Below are positions 1 to 14,443 of a stretch of DNA of 64,000 nt, in pieces. The notes below the pieces were generated by a model. It ran no database searches, was not told where the DNA came from, and worked only from the letters and a program-made list of their open reading frames with translations. A program made the translations under genes and the position numbers. Every line of letters starts with the position of its first letter. Position 1 is the stretch's first letter. The DNA lies in contig OZ024764.1 in NCBI GenBank assembly GCA_964016885.1, forward strand, positions 3,534,001 to 3,598,000. The letters are read 5' to 3'. The DNA comes from Eledone cirrhosa (taxonomy: Eukaryota).

Positions 1-38
<38 letters not shown>

Positions 39-74
39 ACACACATACATATACATATATATATATAAACACAC

Positions 75-105
<31 letters not shown>

Positions 106-208
106 AACACACACGTACATGTATATATGTATATATATATATTAACATACACATGCATGTATATATATATATAAACACACACATACATGTATATATATAC
201 TAACACAC

Positions 209-267
<59 letters not shown>

Positions 268-300
268 GACATGTATATATATATATAAACGCACACATAC
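1..300. repeat. (TA)n/(CA)n compound microsatellite
   Basis: Alternating TA runs with AAACACACACATACATG spacers; similar tracts at 815-990 and 1130-1450. Confidence 0.95.
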
Positions 301-364
301 AGAAGACCCGCCTTGCCTAAGTACAAAGCGAAACCTACAGTCAGTAGGCACCTCTAATAAAAAT

Positions 365-815
365 GCCCCCCCACCCACCCCCCACACCATCCACACCACC
401 TCTTTCGATGTAAAGTTATGTTGGTACAACAACATCCAGTCCAAATTAAAGAGGTCATGTAGGTGTCACAACAAAAAAAGACACAGTCCACGCTGTAATG
501 TGGCCGTGTAGGTAACACGGTAAAAACCTCCCAGTCCACACTGTAAACGTGGTTGGTGTTAGGAAGGGCATCCAGCCGTAGAAAACCCGCCAGACAGTCC
601 ACGCTGTAATGTGGCCGTGTAGGCAACACGGTAAAAACCTCCCAGCCCCACACTGTAAATGTGGTTGGTGTTAGGAAGGGCATCCAGCCGTAGAAAACCC
701 GCCAGACAGTCTTATACGAGCAGAACAACAAATCTTGCTTCAAGTGGGAAAACCCCTGTCCAAACCCATGCAAGTATGGAAGATGGACGTTAAACGATGA
801 TGATGATGATGATGA
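365..815 (+). mobile_element. RTE-tailed SINE with 2 internal 112-bp units
   Basis: GGTTGGTGTTAGGAAGGGCATCCAGCCGTAGAAAA body, ends GGACGTTAAACG(ATG)n; tail resembles the RTE LINE 3' end at 47513-47570. Confidence 0.75.
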
Positions 816-906
816 TACATATATATATATATATATATATATATGTAAGTATGTATGTATACGTACATACATATATATATACAGACGTACAGTAGCATGC
901 ATATAT

Positions 907-969
<63 letters not shown>

Positions 970-1134
970 CATACAGGTACACATACATATATGCACGCAT
1001 CAGTTTAGCGGACGCTTATTATAACGCCGCTTTGTTCGTTTGTCAACAAAGTGAACAGCCTGAATTTATGCCATACGGTGTTAAGGCAGCCACGTCACCT
1101 TTTTGTTCAACACTGACACAGGAACGATGTACAC

Positions 1135-1168
<34 letters not shown>

Positions 1169-1214
1169 ATTAACACACACATACATGTATATATATATAT
1201 ATATATAAACACAC

Positions 1215-1263
<49 letters not shown>

Positions 1264-1268
1264 CACAC

Positions 1269-1302
<34 letters not shown>

Positions 1303-1388
1303 TAACACACACATACATGTATATATATATATATATATAAACACACACATACATGTATATATATATATATATATAAACACACACATAC

Positions 1389-1426
<38 letters not shown>

Positions 1427-1454
1427 ACACACATACATGTATATATATATCTTT

Positions 1455-4400
1455 ATCTTAACAGAGAACTTCACCCATTTAAAAATGATAAAGGTCCCTC
1501 TGGACCTTTATCGTTCCTTAAAAGAACAATTTAGACGGGACGTGAGCCCCCCCTGTTTAAAACCGTTAAATCGCGTCCTCTTGAAAGATTTCCCCATAAC
1601 CGCCCCTCTCCCTGACACAACTCCAAATACCCCAACCCCACCACACACGGGTACCCCCACACCACCACAAAACATCCCTCCACCCAACACACCTGACGCC
1701 ATGGAAATTACACAACCCGGAGAGGTAAGTGCTTTTCTTTCTTCACTTTCAACACCAAAATAGATCAATTGAGAGTTGGCTGTTTGAACGCGCGTGGCCT
1801 GGGCTCAGCTTGGAAGCAAGCAAAGCTTCTAAGTGACCTTAGATCACAAAGTATAGATGTGATGGTTGTTTGCGAGAGTCGGATCAGCAGCGTGAGACAG
1901 CTGGCGCCCGCCTTCGATGACTTTGAGATGCACGCATCTCTCTTTCAACCCGGAGGAGGGGGGGGAGTTGCCGTACTGCTGGATAAACGTCTGGCTCTCG
2001 ACGTACAGATTGTTCACTCGGACCCGGGGGGGTCGATTACTGGTGCTGGACGTCGGGGGCGGTGAAGGCGGGGCTTTCAGACTGGTCGGTCTTTATGCTC
2101 TCTTCGGGGCGGAAAGAGCCGACTTCTTCCAGCGTCTGGAGACTTTTCTAGGAACGTCGCGTTCCCTGCTTTTAGTGGGGGACTGGAATGGAATCCTAGA
2201 TGCGCGTTGGGACTATGCAGGGGCATGTCCCGATAGAGGGGGGTGTAGCAACCTCAAGGGGTTACTCGATCGATTCGACCTGGTCGATAGATTTCGACTA
2301 GATTGTCCAACTGTGCCAACCTGGACCTGGGCAAACCACAGTGGACAATCTAGATCGTACCTAGATAGGTTTTTGGTTAGGAGTAAGGATAGGGACGTAT
2401 TTAGTTGTCCAGAATTGATCATGGTTGGCTATTCAGATCACAAATTAGTGACCTGCGTGGTCAACCTTGATAGAACACATAGACAGGGTCCCGGTTACTG
2501 GAAGATGAACTTGTCCTTGCCGGCAAAGAAAGATTACAGGAACCGGATTAGTAGCTTAGTTAAGATGCGGTTGACGGGAGCGATCGTCAACAGCAGGTGG
2601 TGGGTATCTCTAAAGAGAGAGATTAGAGTAAGTTCGATAGGTTACAGTAAGGAACTAGCGGCGAATAGAAATAGGAAGGAAAGGGAGTTAACAGATAAAC
2701 TAGAAGAGGCAATTAGGAGCGGAGACGTAGCCAGAGTGTTAGCGGCGAGAACGGCGTTGAGCCAGTTCTTTGACGCGAAGCACGAAGGCTGCGTTGTCCG
2801 AAGTAAAATACGTGCTTTAGGAAACGAGGGGACCAAAGCTGTTAGCTGGGCCCGCGTGACAGAAGCCAAGAGTGGGATTAAATCCACCATTCGGTCTTTG
2901 CGAGACCAGGATGGACGGGTGATCCTTGAACCTGAGCGGATGTGCGAGGCCTTTCAAAGGCACTTTGCTCGACTGTTCGGAGGGGGCGGGGGGCCGGACG
3001 GGGATGTGGACTTCGGTCCATACCTCGACGGTCTACCGCGTCTTTCGAGCGGCGAAGCGGAGTGCTGCGAAAGACCAATCACAGCCACTGAAATCGGGAA
3101 AGCGCTCGGCCAATGCAGCAGACGCAAATCTCCGGGTCTCGATGGTCTACCATACGAACTTTATTTAGCTATGCCGGTCTTGTTCTCCGAACTCCTCGAG
3201 GCTGTCTATTGCAACTGGCAACAGAACGGGAGAATTCCCTGTTCTGTGACCAAGGGCGTAGTCACGCTAGTGAGGAAGGACGAGAGCAAGGGGGACGACT
3301 TAAGTAACTTCAGGCCCATAACTCTGCTGAATGCAGAGTTACAGATTTTGGCCAAGGTGTTGGCGAAGAGGTTGGCGTTGTGGTGGGTGGTTTGGTGGGA
3401 GACGCGCAGACATGCACTATCCCGTCCAGGTCCATTCACGACAACCTCCACCTCATGCGATACATCATAGAGAGGGTTGGCAACGAACCCGGCTTTGGTG
3501 GGGCCCTGATCAACTTGGATCAATCTAAGGCGTTCGATAGGGTCGACCATGGTTACCTGGATGCGGTGCTAGCGGCGGCGGGCTTCGGACCCGTTTTCAG
3601 GGGCTGGATTTCTGCCATGCACAGTGGCAACATCTACTCTAGGGTTAAAGTAAACGGCTACCTCTCGGAGCCGTTTCAAATCACCCGGTCCATCAGGCAG
3701 GGGTGCCCCCTCTCCTCCCTTCTGTACGTATTGACTCTCGAGCCACTGCTGCGGAAGTTGGAGTTGCTGCGGGGCATACCCCTGGAACCGGGTTGCACAA
3801 AGCGGTCTCGGCCTATGCCGACGACGTAACAGTAATGGTGGCGGACGCCTCGGAAATCGGGGCGATCGCCACCCTACTGGAGGAATACGAAAGGCTGACG
3901 GGGGCTAAGCTGAACCAGGACAAGTCAGTCGGTTTGCAACTCGGAACGTGGAGGGGCAAACCGATGCCATTAGACGGTGTCGTCGGGCGGTGGACGGAGG
4001 GCCCGGTGAAGCTGCTCAGACCGGACCTCCAGGTGGAGAAGAATTGGGGCGAGGTGACGAGCAGGGTGTTTGCGCTGACCCAGAAGTGGGCCAAGTGCAA
4101 ACTATCACTGAAAGGTCGGGCGGAGGTGACGAACGCTTACATAGCGTCCGTCATCTACTACCGCCTGACCGTCGTGCCTTGCCCCAAGGAAAAGCTCACC
4201 ATCATGGAACGCATGCTCTTCCAGTTCCTCTGGAAGAAGCGGCCTCCCATGGTGAGGAGATCCATCTGCTGCCAGCACCCTTCGAAAGGAGGGCTGGGTA
4301 TGCCGTGGCTGTTGATGCGTAGGCACGCATTGAGGCTACGGCATCTACAGGTATTCCTCCACGGTCAGCCGGTGTGGGCCCCGTTTGTGAGGCGAGCCTT

Positions 4401-5463
4401 CCCACAGCTCGTCTCGCTCACCGAACTGCAATCCTGGGTGAAGCAAAGACCGAGAAAACTGGGCAACTGGCACACCGAGTGTGCCCAGGCGCTCACGGCT
4501 ATCTAGCAAGCGGACCCGACTATCAGTGGAGAATCCACCTCGACATTCTATAGAGGGTTGGTGGCTAGCAAGGGCGACGACACCCTTGTAGAGTCGCTAG
4601 GCATGGAGGAGGACGAACTGGCCAGCCTGTTCGGTAGAACTTTCGGCCCGGGACCCATGGACAACTTCCAGAGGTCCCTAGCCTGGCAGTGTTACCGGGG
4701 GGCTATGCCCGTTCGAGAAAAGCTCTACAGACACGGGCGCCCGGGCAGGGATCCCGCGAAAAAGATCTGTCCCAGATGCGTGCGCGACGAGGAAACCGTT
4801 GCGCATGCACTGGTACACTGCCCGGGCGTTGCCGATCTGTGGGGCTACGTCGAACGACTGCTGTCGCGTGTGGCGCCGATTCGATTAACCGCCGAGTCTG
4901 TGGTGAACATCAAGCCGCCTCCTCCCTTCAGAAATGAAGCAGAGGCGGTCTTTCTGTGCGTAATAGCCATGATGAAAGAGGTTGTGTGATGGACGCGCCT
5001 GAAAGGTCTGAGGTCGGGTGACTTTCTCTCCGGCCATCACCTGGTTTACTTCTTCCGATACCACTTCGGAAGAAGGATCAGGATGGAGAGAGAAGTGCTT
5101 GGCCCCAGACAGTTTTATGAAAGGTGGGTGAAAGAAGCGAGAATGGCCCGTGTAAATGGGCCTTCTCTCTACATTGTTCTGTAGGTGAAGAAGTGAAGAC
5201 GAAAGGGGGAGCGCCTCCTCTCTGGGCTTCCCCCGCGAAAAGAGTTGCACACTTTTCGGGGGTATGTGCAATCCCCAACACGCCCCCTCCCTTTTGAGGA
5301 CTTTTTATTGTTATATTATTATTGTTATTCCTTTTTCTTTACTCGATTTATGTAAACTCCCCCACTGTGTAAATGTCCCCTTCTTTTGTGCCCTCGTGGC
5401 AAATAAATAGAAATTTATCTATATTTATCTATCTATCTATCTATCTATCTAACTATATATCTA
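1455..5463 (+). mobile_element. Tx1/L1-clade LINE copy A (5'-truncated in ORF1, frameshifted ORF2)
   Basis: APE endonuclease (GCLNARGL, VGDWNG, SYLDRF, SDHK), RT (KSPGLDG, DQSKAFDRV, IRQGCPLS, AYADDV), C-terminal CPRC..HALVHC zinc finger, 3'UTR ending GTGGCAAATAAA plus (TATC)n. Confidence 0.95.
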
Positions 5464-8400
5464 CTGGTGGTTACTAACCGGTTTCCTCAATTTAGACGAG
5501 GACAACCTCATTTCAATAGGGAAGGCATCCGGCGACGCGTTCAGTGGAACGAGCATCAAAGTTCTGACCCAAATAAGGCCAGAACGCATCGCCCAAATCC
5601 CTGAGCGCGTCATGCTGGATGACTGTACCCACCTCAACATTATTGTGGAGGGTAGGCGTCCCTCCTGTTACCTCTGTGGCAATAGAGGTCACCTGAGGGC
5701 TGCCTGTCCCCAGCTCACACAGAAAAAAACACTGCTACCAACACCACCCCAACTACAACAACAAAAACAACCACAACAACAACAACAACAACAACAAAAA
5801 CCAACAACCCTACCACCACCACAACAACAACAACAACAAACACGTGAAAAAATAACACAGAATACTGTCCCACCCAATCCCTCCCCACCCAAAACAAATA
5901 CAAAAACACACACACCGCAAACACTACCAGAAAACATAACCCTCCCACCCAACAAGGAAGACGAACCCCTTTCGTCGCAAGACGAAAAAGATCCCTTCCA
6001 ACAAGTAAAAAGAAAGAAGAGGAGACGCACCACAGACACACGTTAACTTTAACCCCCCCCCCCCCAAGAGAACACAAACTACACACAAACCACCCCTCCC
6101 TGTCACACAACACTAACTGCTACACAAAAAAAGACCTTACAATATACATACATGAACACAGACAACAAAGAATTACGGAAAACAATTTCAGCAAACCCTT
6201 CGGTCCAATCTTTATAACTGCTGTGGGACTACCTCATTTAAAAATGATAAAAGTCCCAATGAACTTGTACAAAACACTGAAAATAAATTTCACGGAGGAC
6301 GTGCCCCCCCCCCCCCCCCCCTGCGCCAAACCAATCAACCGCGTCCTCCTAAAAAATTTCACCCCCCACCCCACCCAGACACCCACTCAACCACAAACAC
6401 CCCAACCCCACAACACACCGATGCCCCTTCACTTCCACAAACCACCACCCCACCCAACAACCCATCCCCAACCAGCATGGAAATTGAGCGGCCCGTTTCC
6501 CGGGACGCAGAGAGGTAAGTGCCTTTTCTCCTTACCACCAACATGGCTGTGCTAAGAGTAGGGTGTCTAAATGCGCGTGGCCTGGGCTCGTCTTAGAAGC
6601 AAGCAATGCTTCTAAATGACCTCAGGTCACGATCTATAAATGTGATGGTTATCTGCGAGGCCCGGATCAGCAGCATGCGACAGCTAGCCCCCACCTTTGA
6701 CGACTTTGAGATGCACGCATCTCTCTGTCAGCCCGGAGGTGGGGGTGGGGTTGTCGTTCTGCTGCAAAAACATATGGGCCTTGCAACACAGATAGTTCAC
6801 TTGGACCCAGGGGGTCGACTGGTGGTGCTGGACCTTGGCAGTGGTGAAGGTGGAGCCTTTAGGCTGGTAGCCGCATATGCTCCTTTTGGGACAGAGGGGC
6901 CCGACTTTTTCCAGCGTCTGGAGTCTTTTCTAGGGACGTCCCGTTCCCTGCTTTTAGTGGGGGATTGGAATGGTATCCTGGATGCACGTTGGGACTATGC
7001 AGGGGCATGTCCCGATAGAGAGGGGTGCAACAGCCTCATGGGGTTACTCGGCCGATTTGACCTGGCCGATAGATTTCGACTAGATTTTCCGACGGTGCCA
7101 ACCTGGTCTTGGTCAAATCGCAGCGGATCATCTAGGTCGTACCTAGATAGATTTTTAGTTAGAAATAAGGACAGGGACTTTTTAAGTTGTCCAGAAATGC
7201 TCATGGTTGGCTATTCAGACCACAAGTTGGTGACCTGCATGGTCAACCTTGATAGAACGCATAGACAGGGCCACGGTTACTGGAAGCTCAACTTGTCCTT
7301 GCCGGCAAGTAGAGCCTACAGGGATCGGATTAGTACGTTAGTTAAGGAACGATTGACTGGAGCGATCGTCAACAGCAGGTGGTGGGTATCTCTAAAGAGA
7401 GAGATTAGAGTAGTCTCGATAGAATTTAGTAAGGTTCTAGCTGCGGATAGGAATAGGAAGGAAAGGGAGCTAATAGATAGAGTAGAAGAGGCAATTAGAA
7501 GCGGCGACGTGGCCAGAGTGCTAGCGTCGAGAACGGCTTTGAGCCAGTTTTTCGACGCGAAGCACGAAGGCTGCGTTGTCCGAAGTAAAATACGTGCTCT
7601 AGGGAACGAGGGGACCAAAGCTGTTAGCTGGGCCCGCGTGACAGAGGCCAACAGTGGAACTAAATCCACTATCCGGTCTTTGCGAGACCTGGATGGACGG
7701 GCGATTCTTGAGCCTAAGCAGATGTGTGAGGCCTTTCAAAGGCACTTTGCCCGACTGTTCGGGAGGGGCGGGGAGCCGGTTGGGAACGTGGACTTCGGTC
7801 CATACCTCGACGGCCTGCCGCGTCTCTCGGACAGGGAGGCGAAGTCCTGCGAGGAGCCGATTTCGGCCGCTGAGATAGAGGACGTGCTGGGCCAATGCGG
7901 CAAACGCAAATCCCCGGGTCTCGATGGTCTTCCTTACGAATTATATCTAGCTATGCCGGACTTGTTCCCCGAGCTCCTCGAGGCGGTCTACTGCAACTGG
8001 CAACAGAACGGGAGAATTCCCTGTACTGTGACCAAGGGCGTAGTCACGCTAGTGAGGAAGGACGAGAACAAGGGGGACGAAATAAGTAACTTCAGGCCCA
8101 TAACTCTGCTAAATACAGAGTTACAGATTTTGGCCAAGGTGCTAGCAAAGAGGTTGGTGCTTGTCGTGGGCAACCTGGTGGGAGATGCACAGACATGCGC
8201 TATCCCGTCCAGGTCCATCCATGACAACCTCCACCTCATGCGATACATCATAGAGAGGGTTGGGAACGAACCCGGCTTTGGTGGGGCTCTGATCAACTTG
8301 GATCAATCTAAGGCGTTCGATAGGGTCGACCATGGTTACCTGGATGCATCCCTTTGGAACCGGGATTGCGGAAAGCGGTGTCGGCCTACGCCGATGACGT

Positions 8401-10060
8401 GACAGTAATGGTGTCGACGGCCTCCGAAATCGAGGCGGTCGGCACCTTACTGGAGGAGTACGAAAGATTCACAGGGGCTAAGCTGAACCGGGACAAGTCG
8501 ATCGGTTTGCAACTCGGCACGTGGAGGGGCAGACCGATGCCCTCCGATGGCGTCGTCGGACGCTGGACGGAGGGCCCGGTGAAGTTGCTCGGGGTCTGGT
8601 TCGGACCGGACCTCCAGGTGGAGAAAAACTGGGCGGAGGTTACGAACAGGGTGTTTGCACTGACCCAGAAGTGGGCCAGTTGCAAACTATCCCTGAAAGA
8701 TCGGGCGGAGGTGGCGAACATCTATATAGCGTCCGTCATCTACTACCGCCTGACCGTAGTGCCCTGCCCAAGGGAAACCCTCACCAAGATGGAGCGCACG
8801 CTCTTTCAATTCCTTTGGAAGAGGCGGGCTCCTATGGTGAGGAGATCCATCTGCTGTCAACACCCTTCGAAAGGAGGGCTGGGGATGCCGTGGCTAATGA
8901 TGCGTAAACACGCATTAAGGCTACGGCACCTCTACGTATTCCTCACCGGTCAACCGGTGTGGGCCTCGTTTGTGAGACGAACCTTTCCCAGACTCGTCTC
9001 ACTCACCGAGCTGCAATCCTGGGTCAAGCAAAGACCGAGAAAACTGGGCGCCTGGCACACTGAGTGTGCTCAGGCGCTCACCGCCCTCTGGCAGGCGGAT
9101 CCGGTTATCAGTGGAGACTCCACCGCAACATTCTATAGAGGGCTGGTACGCAGCAGGTGCGACGACACCCTCGGAGAAGCCCTAGACATGGAGGAGGACG
9201 AACTGGCCAGCCTGTTCGGTAGGACATTCAGCCCAGGACCTATGGACAACTTCCAGAAGTCCCTGGCCTGGCAGTGCTACCGAGGGGCTCTACCCGTTTG
9301 AGAAAAGCTCTACAGACACGGGCGCCCGGGTAGGGACCCCGCCAAAAAGATCTGTCCCAGATGCGTGTGCGACGAGGAAACCATTGCACACGCATTGGTA
9401 CACTGCTCGGGCGTAGCCGATCTGTGGGGCTATGTCGAACAACTGCTGTCAAGGGTGGGACCGATCCGGTTGACCACCGAGTCTATTGTAATAATCAAGC
9501 CGCCTCTTCCCTTCAAAGATGAAGGAGAGGCGGTGTTTCTGTGCGTAATAGCCATGGTGAAAGAGGTTGTATGGTGGACGCGTCTGAAAGGACTGAGGTC
9601 AGGCACCTTTCTCTCTGGCCAACAACTGGTCCGTTTCTTCCGATATCATTTCGGAAGAAGGATCAGGATGGAGAGAGAGGTGCTCCACCCCAGTCGTTTT
9701 TATGAAAGGTGGGTGAAAGTGGCGAGAATGGCCCGTGTGAATGGGCCTTCACTTTACATAAGCTTGTAGGTGGAAAAGAGGAAGGAACGAGGGAGCACCC
9801 CCTCTCTGTGCTCCTGAGGAAAAGGGTTGCACACTTTTTTCGGGGGTGTGTGCGACCCCCCAAGGTGCCTCCTCTCTATTGAGGATTTTGTTATAAATTT
9901 TATTTTTTGTTATATCTTATTTTATTTTTATATTTTGTTATTGCCTCCTCCTTATTGAGGACGCCTTTTTGTGTAAACTCCCCCCTTTGTACTTGTCCCA
10001 CTTTTGATGCCCCAGTGGCAAATAAAAGAAACATATCTATCTAACTATATATCTATCTAT
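5464..10060 (+). mobile_element. Tx1/L1-clade LINE copy B (partial ORF1 with CCHC knuckle; ORF2 with internal RT deletion)
   Basis: CYLCGNRGHLRAAC zinc knuckle; APE and RT; the RT segment containing QGCPLS is missing near 8348; flanked by the 22-bp duplication TATCTATCTAACTATATATCTA (5442-5463 and 10034-10055). Confidence 0.95.
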
Positions 10061-10256
10061 GCACATTTTTTTTCGGGGGTATGTGTTACCCATATAAACT
10101 GTCTCCCTCTATTGGGGAAAATCGACTAACTTTTAAATTCCATCTGTGATAACATTTTACACGTTTTTATTGTATGTAAACTTCCCCCTTTGTATTTGTC
10201 CCCTTCTTTTGTGCCCCTGTGGCTAATAAAGAAATATATATATCTATCTATCTATC
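10061..10256 (+). mobile_element. Tx1 copy C (3'UTR only)
   Basis: 3'UTR hairpin region, GTGGCTAATAAAGAAA, TATC tail. Confidence 0.9.
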
Positions 10257-10609
10257 TGATTCTTGAAGAAGGATAAGAATGGAGAGAGAGGTGCTTGGCC
10301 ACAGGCAGTTTTATGAAAGGTGGGTGATAGTGGCGAAAATGGCTCGTGTAAATGGGCCTTCTCTGTATACCATCCTGTAGGTAAAGAAGTAAAGGAGAGG
10401 GGAGCACCTTCTCCATGTGCTCCCCGGGCAAAGGATTGCACACTTTTTCGGGGGTGTGTGCAACCCCCATCACGTCCCCTCCCTTTTGAGGTTATTTTCG
10501 ATTATTTTCATTTTATAACCTTTTTACTCGATTGTATGTAAACTCCCCCTTTGTATTTGTCCCTTCTTTTTATGCCTTTATGGTAAATAAAGAAATATAT
10601 CTATCTATC
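10257..10609 (+). mobile_element. Tx1 copy D (ORF2 end plus 3'UTR)
   Basis: RRIRMEREVL..FYERWV coding tail, 3'UTR, TATC tail. Confidence 0.9.
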
Positions 10610-11013
10610 TGATTCTTTTTTTCAAATACCACTTTGGAAGAAGAATCAGGATGGAGAGAGAGGGGCTGTACCCCAGCAAGTTTTATGAAAGGTGGGTGAA
10701 AGTGGCGAGAATGGCCCGAGTGAATGGGCCTTCTCTTTATATCAGCCTGTAGGTTGAGGAAAAGGAGGAGGAGAGGAAGGGGGTACAAACTCTTCGTACT
10801 CCTGGAGATGAGGGTTGCACATTTTTTCGGGGGTATGTGTTACCCATATAAACTGTTTCCCCCTATTGGGGAAAATCGACTAACTTTTTAAATTGCATTT
10901 GTGATAACATTTCACACATTTTTATTGTATGTAAACTTCCCCCTTTGTATTTATCCCCTTCTTTTGTGCCCCTGTGGCTAATAAAGAAACATATCTATCT
11001 ATCTATCTATATC
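10610..11013 (+). mobile_element. Tx1 copy E (ORF2 end plus 3'UTR)
   Basis: Near-identical to the 3' end of copy G; TATC tail. Confidence 0.9.
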
Positions 11014-13719
11014 AACGTGAAACACGAAGGCTGCGTTGTCCAAAGCAAAATACGTGCTCTGGGAAATGAGGGGACCAAAGCTGTTAGCTGGGCCCGCGTG
11101 ACAGAAGCCAAAAGTGGGACTAGACCCACTATCCGGTCTTTGCGAGACCAGGATGGACGGGTGATCCTTGAACCTAAGCAGATGTGCGAGGCCTTTCAAA
11201 GGCACTTTGCCCGATTGTTCGGAAGGGGCGAGAGGCTGGATGGGGATGTGGACCTCGGTCCATACCTCGACGGCCTGTCGCGTCTTTCGGACGAGGAGGC
11301 GAAGTCTTGCAAGAGGCCGATCTCAGCTGCTGAAATAGGGGATGTGCTGAGCCAATGCGGCAGACGCAAATCTCCGGGCCTCAATGGTCTTCCATACGAA
11401 CTGTATTTAAGTATGCTGGACTTGTTCTTCGATCTCCTCGAAGCGGTCTACTGCAACTGGCAACAGAACGGGAGAATTCCCTGTTCTCTGACCAAGGGCG
11501 TAGTCTCGCTAGTGAGGAAGGACGAGAACAAGGGGGATGAAATAAGTAATTTTAGGCTCATAACACTGCTAGATGCAGAGTTAAAGATTTTGGCCAGGGT
11601 GTTAGCAAAGAGGTTGGCGCTTGTCGTGGGCAACCTGGTGGGAGATGCGCAAACATGCATCATCCCGTCCAGGTCTATTCATGACAACCTCCATCTCATG
11701 CGATACATCATAGAGAGGGTTGGGAACGAAATTTGGTTTCGTAGTGCTCTGATCAACTTGGATCAATCTAATGCGTTCGATAGGGTCGACCATGGTTACC
11801 TGGATGCGGTGCTAGTGGCGGCAGGCTTCGGACCCGTTTTCAGGGGCTGGATCACTGCTATGCACAGCAGCCGCATTTGCTCTAGGGTCAAGGTGAATGG
11901 CTACCTCTTGGAGCCGTTCGAAATCACGCGGTCCATCCGACAGGGATACCCTCTCTCCTCCCTTCTGTATGTATTGGCCCTAGAGCCACTGCTGCGGAAG
12001 TTGGAGTTGTCACATGGCATCCCTTTGGAACCGGGATTGCGGGAAGCTGTGTCGGCCTCCGCCGATGACGTGACAGTAATGGTGTCGACCACCTCGGAAA
12101 TCGGAGTGATCGACACCTTACTGGAGGAATACGAAACATTTACAGGGGCTAAGCTGAACCGGGACAAGTCAGTCGATTTGCAACTCGGCAAGTGGAGGGG
12201 CAAACCGATGGCCACAGACGCCGTCGTCGGGTGTTGGACGGAGGGCCCGGTGAAGTTGCTCGGGGTCTGGTTCGGGCCAGACCTCCAGGTGGAGAAGAAC
12301 TGGGGTGAGGTATCGAACAGGGTGTTTGCGCTGACACGGAAGTGGGCTGAGCGCAAACTATCCCTGAAAGGTCGGGCGGAGGTGGCGAACGCTTATATAG
12401 CGTCCGTCATCTACTACCGCCTGACCGTAGTGCCCTGCCCAAGGGAAACGCTCACCAAAATAGAGCGCGCACTCTTCCAATTCCTTTGGAAGAAGCAGGC
12501 TCCTTTGGTGAGGAGATCCATCTGCTGTCAACACCCTTCGAAAGGAGGGCTGGGGATGCCATGGCTGCTGGTGCGTAAATACGCATTAAGGCTACGGCAC
12601 CTCCAGGTATTCCTCACCGGTCAACCGGTGTGGGCCCCGTTTGTGAGGTGAGCCTTTCCGAGACTCGTCTCGCTCCTGAGCTGCAGTCCTGGGTCAAGCA
12701 CAGACCAAGAAAACTGGGCGCCTGGGCACACCGGGTGTGCCCAGGCGCTCACGGCTCTCTGGCGGGCAGACCCGACTATCGGTGGAGACACCACCTCGAC
12801 ATTCTATAGAGGGCTGGTGGTTAGTAGGTGCGACGATGCCCTCGGACAAGCCCTAGGCATGTTGGAAGACGAAGTGGCCAGCCTATTCGGGAGGACATTT
12901 GGCCCGGGACAACTTCCAGAAGTCCCTGGCCTGGCAGTGCTACCGAGGGGTGCTGCCTGTTCGAGAAAAGCTCTACAGACACGGGCGCCCGGGTAGGGTC
13001 CCCTCGAAAAAAATTTGTCCCAGATGCGTGCGCGATGGGGAAACCGTTGCGCACGCATTGGTACACTGCTCGGGCGTTGCCGATCTGTGGGACTATGTCG
13101 AACGACTGCTGTCAAGGGTGGGACCAATCCGGTTGACCACCGAGTCTATTGTAACGATCAAGCCGCCTCCCCTCTTCAAAAACGAAGGAGAGGCGGTGTT
13201 TCTGTGCGTAATAGCCATGGTGAAAGAGGTTGTATGGTGGACGCGTCTGAAAGGACTGAGGTCAGACACCTTTCTCTCTGGCCAACAACTGGTCCGTTTC
13301 TTCCGATATCATTTCGGAAGAAGGATCAGGATGGAGAGAGAGGTGCTGCACCCCAGCAAGTTTTATGAAAGGTGGGTGAAAGTAGCGAGAATGGCCCGTG
13401 TGAATGGGCCTTCTCTCTTTATCAGCCTGTAGGTGGAAAGGTGGAAGTGCAAAGGAGCACTCCCTCTCTGTGCTCCTAAGGAAAAGGGTTGCACACTTTT
13501 TCGGGGGTGTGTGTAACTCCCAAAACGCCTCCTCCCTATTGAGGACTGTATTGTTAATTTTATATTTGTTATTAGTTTTTTACTCGTTCCTTTATGTAAA
13601 CTCCCCCCTTGTATTTGTCCCCTTCTTTTGTGCCCTCGTGGCAAATAAATAGAAACTTATCTATCTATCTAACTATCTATATTTATCTATCTATCTATTT
13701 GTCTATATTTATCTATCTA
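11014..13719 (+). mobile_element. Tx1 copy F (RT to 3' end, degenerate)
   Basis: ORF 10945-12651 RT (SADD in place of YADD), zinc finger, 3'UTR, long TATC tail. Confidence 0.95.
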
Positions 13720-14443
13720 CCAGTTCAAGACAAGCTCTACAGACACGGCCGCCCGAGCAGGGACCCTTCAAAAAAGATCTGTCTGAGATGCGTGCGAGAT
13801 GAAGAAACCATCGCGCACGCATTGGTACACTGCCCGGGTGTTACCGACCTGTGGGGCTATGTAGAATGACTATTGTCGCAGGTGGGACCAATCCAGTTGA
13901 CCACCGAGTCCATTGTCATGATCAAACCGCCACCCTCCTTCAAAAACGAAGGAGAGGCGGTTTTCCTTTGTGTGATAGCTATGGCAAAAGAGGTTGTATG
14001 GTGGACGAGGTTAAAAGGGCTTAGGTCAGACACCTTTCTCTTCGGCCAACAACTGATTCTTTTTTTCAAATACCACTTTGGAAGAAGAATCAGGATGGAG
14101 AGAGAGGGGCTGTACCCCAGCAAGTTTTATGAAAGGTGGGTGAAAGTGGCGAGAATGGCCCGAGTGAATGGGCCTTCTCTCTATATAAGCCTGTAGGATG
14201 AGGAAAAAGAATAGAGGAAAGGGATACAAACTCTTCGTACTCCTGGAGATGAGGGTTGCACATTTTTTCGGGGTTATGTGTTACCCATATGTAATGTCTC
14301 CCCCTATTGGGGAAAATCAATTAATATTTAAATTGCATTTGTGATAGTATTTTACACATTTTTATTGTATGTAAACTTCCCCCTTTATATTTGACCCTTT
14401 CTTTTGTGCCCCTGTGGCTAATAAAGAAACATATCTATCTATC
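13720..14443 (+). mobile_element. Tx1 copy G (zinc finger to 3' end)
   Basis: KKICLRC..HALVHC, 3'UTR, tail; 5' junction shares TCTACC microhomology with the preceding tail. Confidence 0.9.

Noticed and set aside
299-350. Hammerhead-like CAGAAGA..GCGAAAC..GTC
   Set aside because: Core mutated and stems unconvincing.
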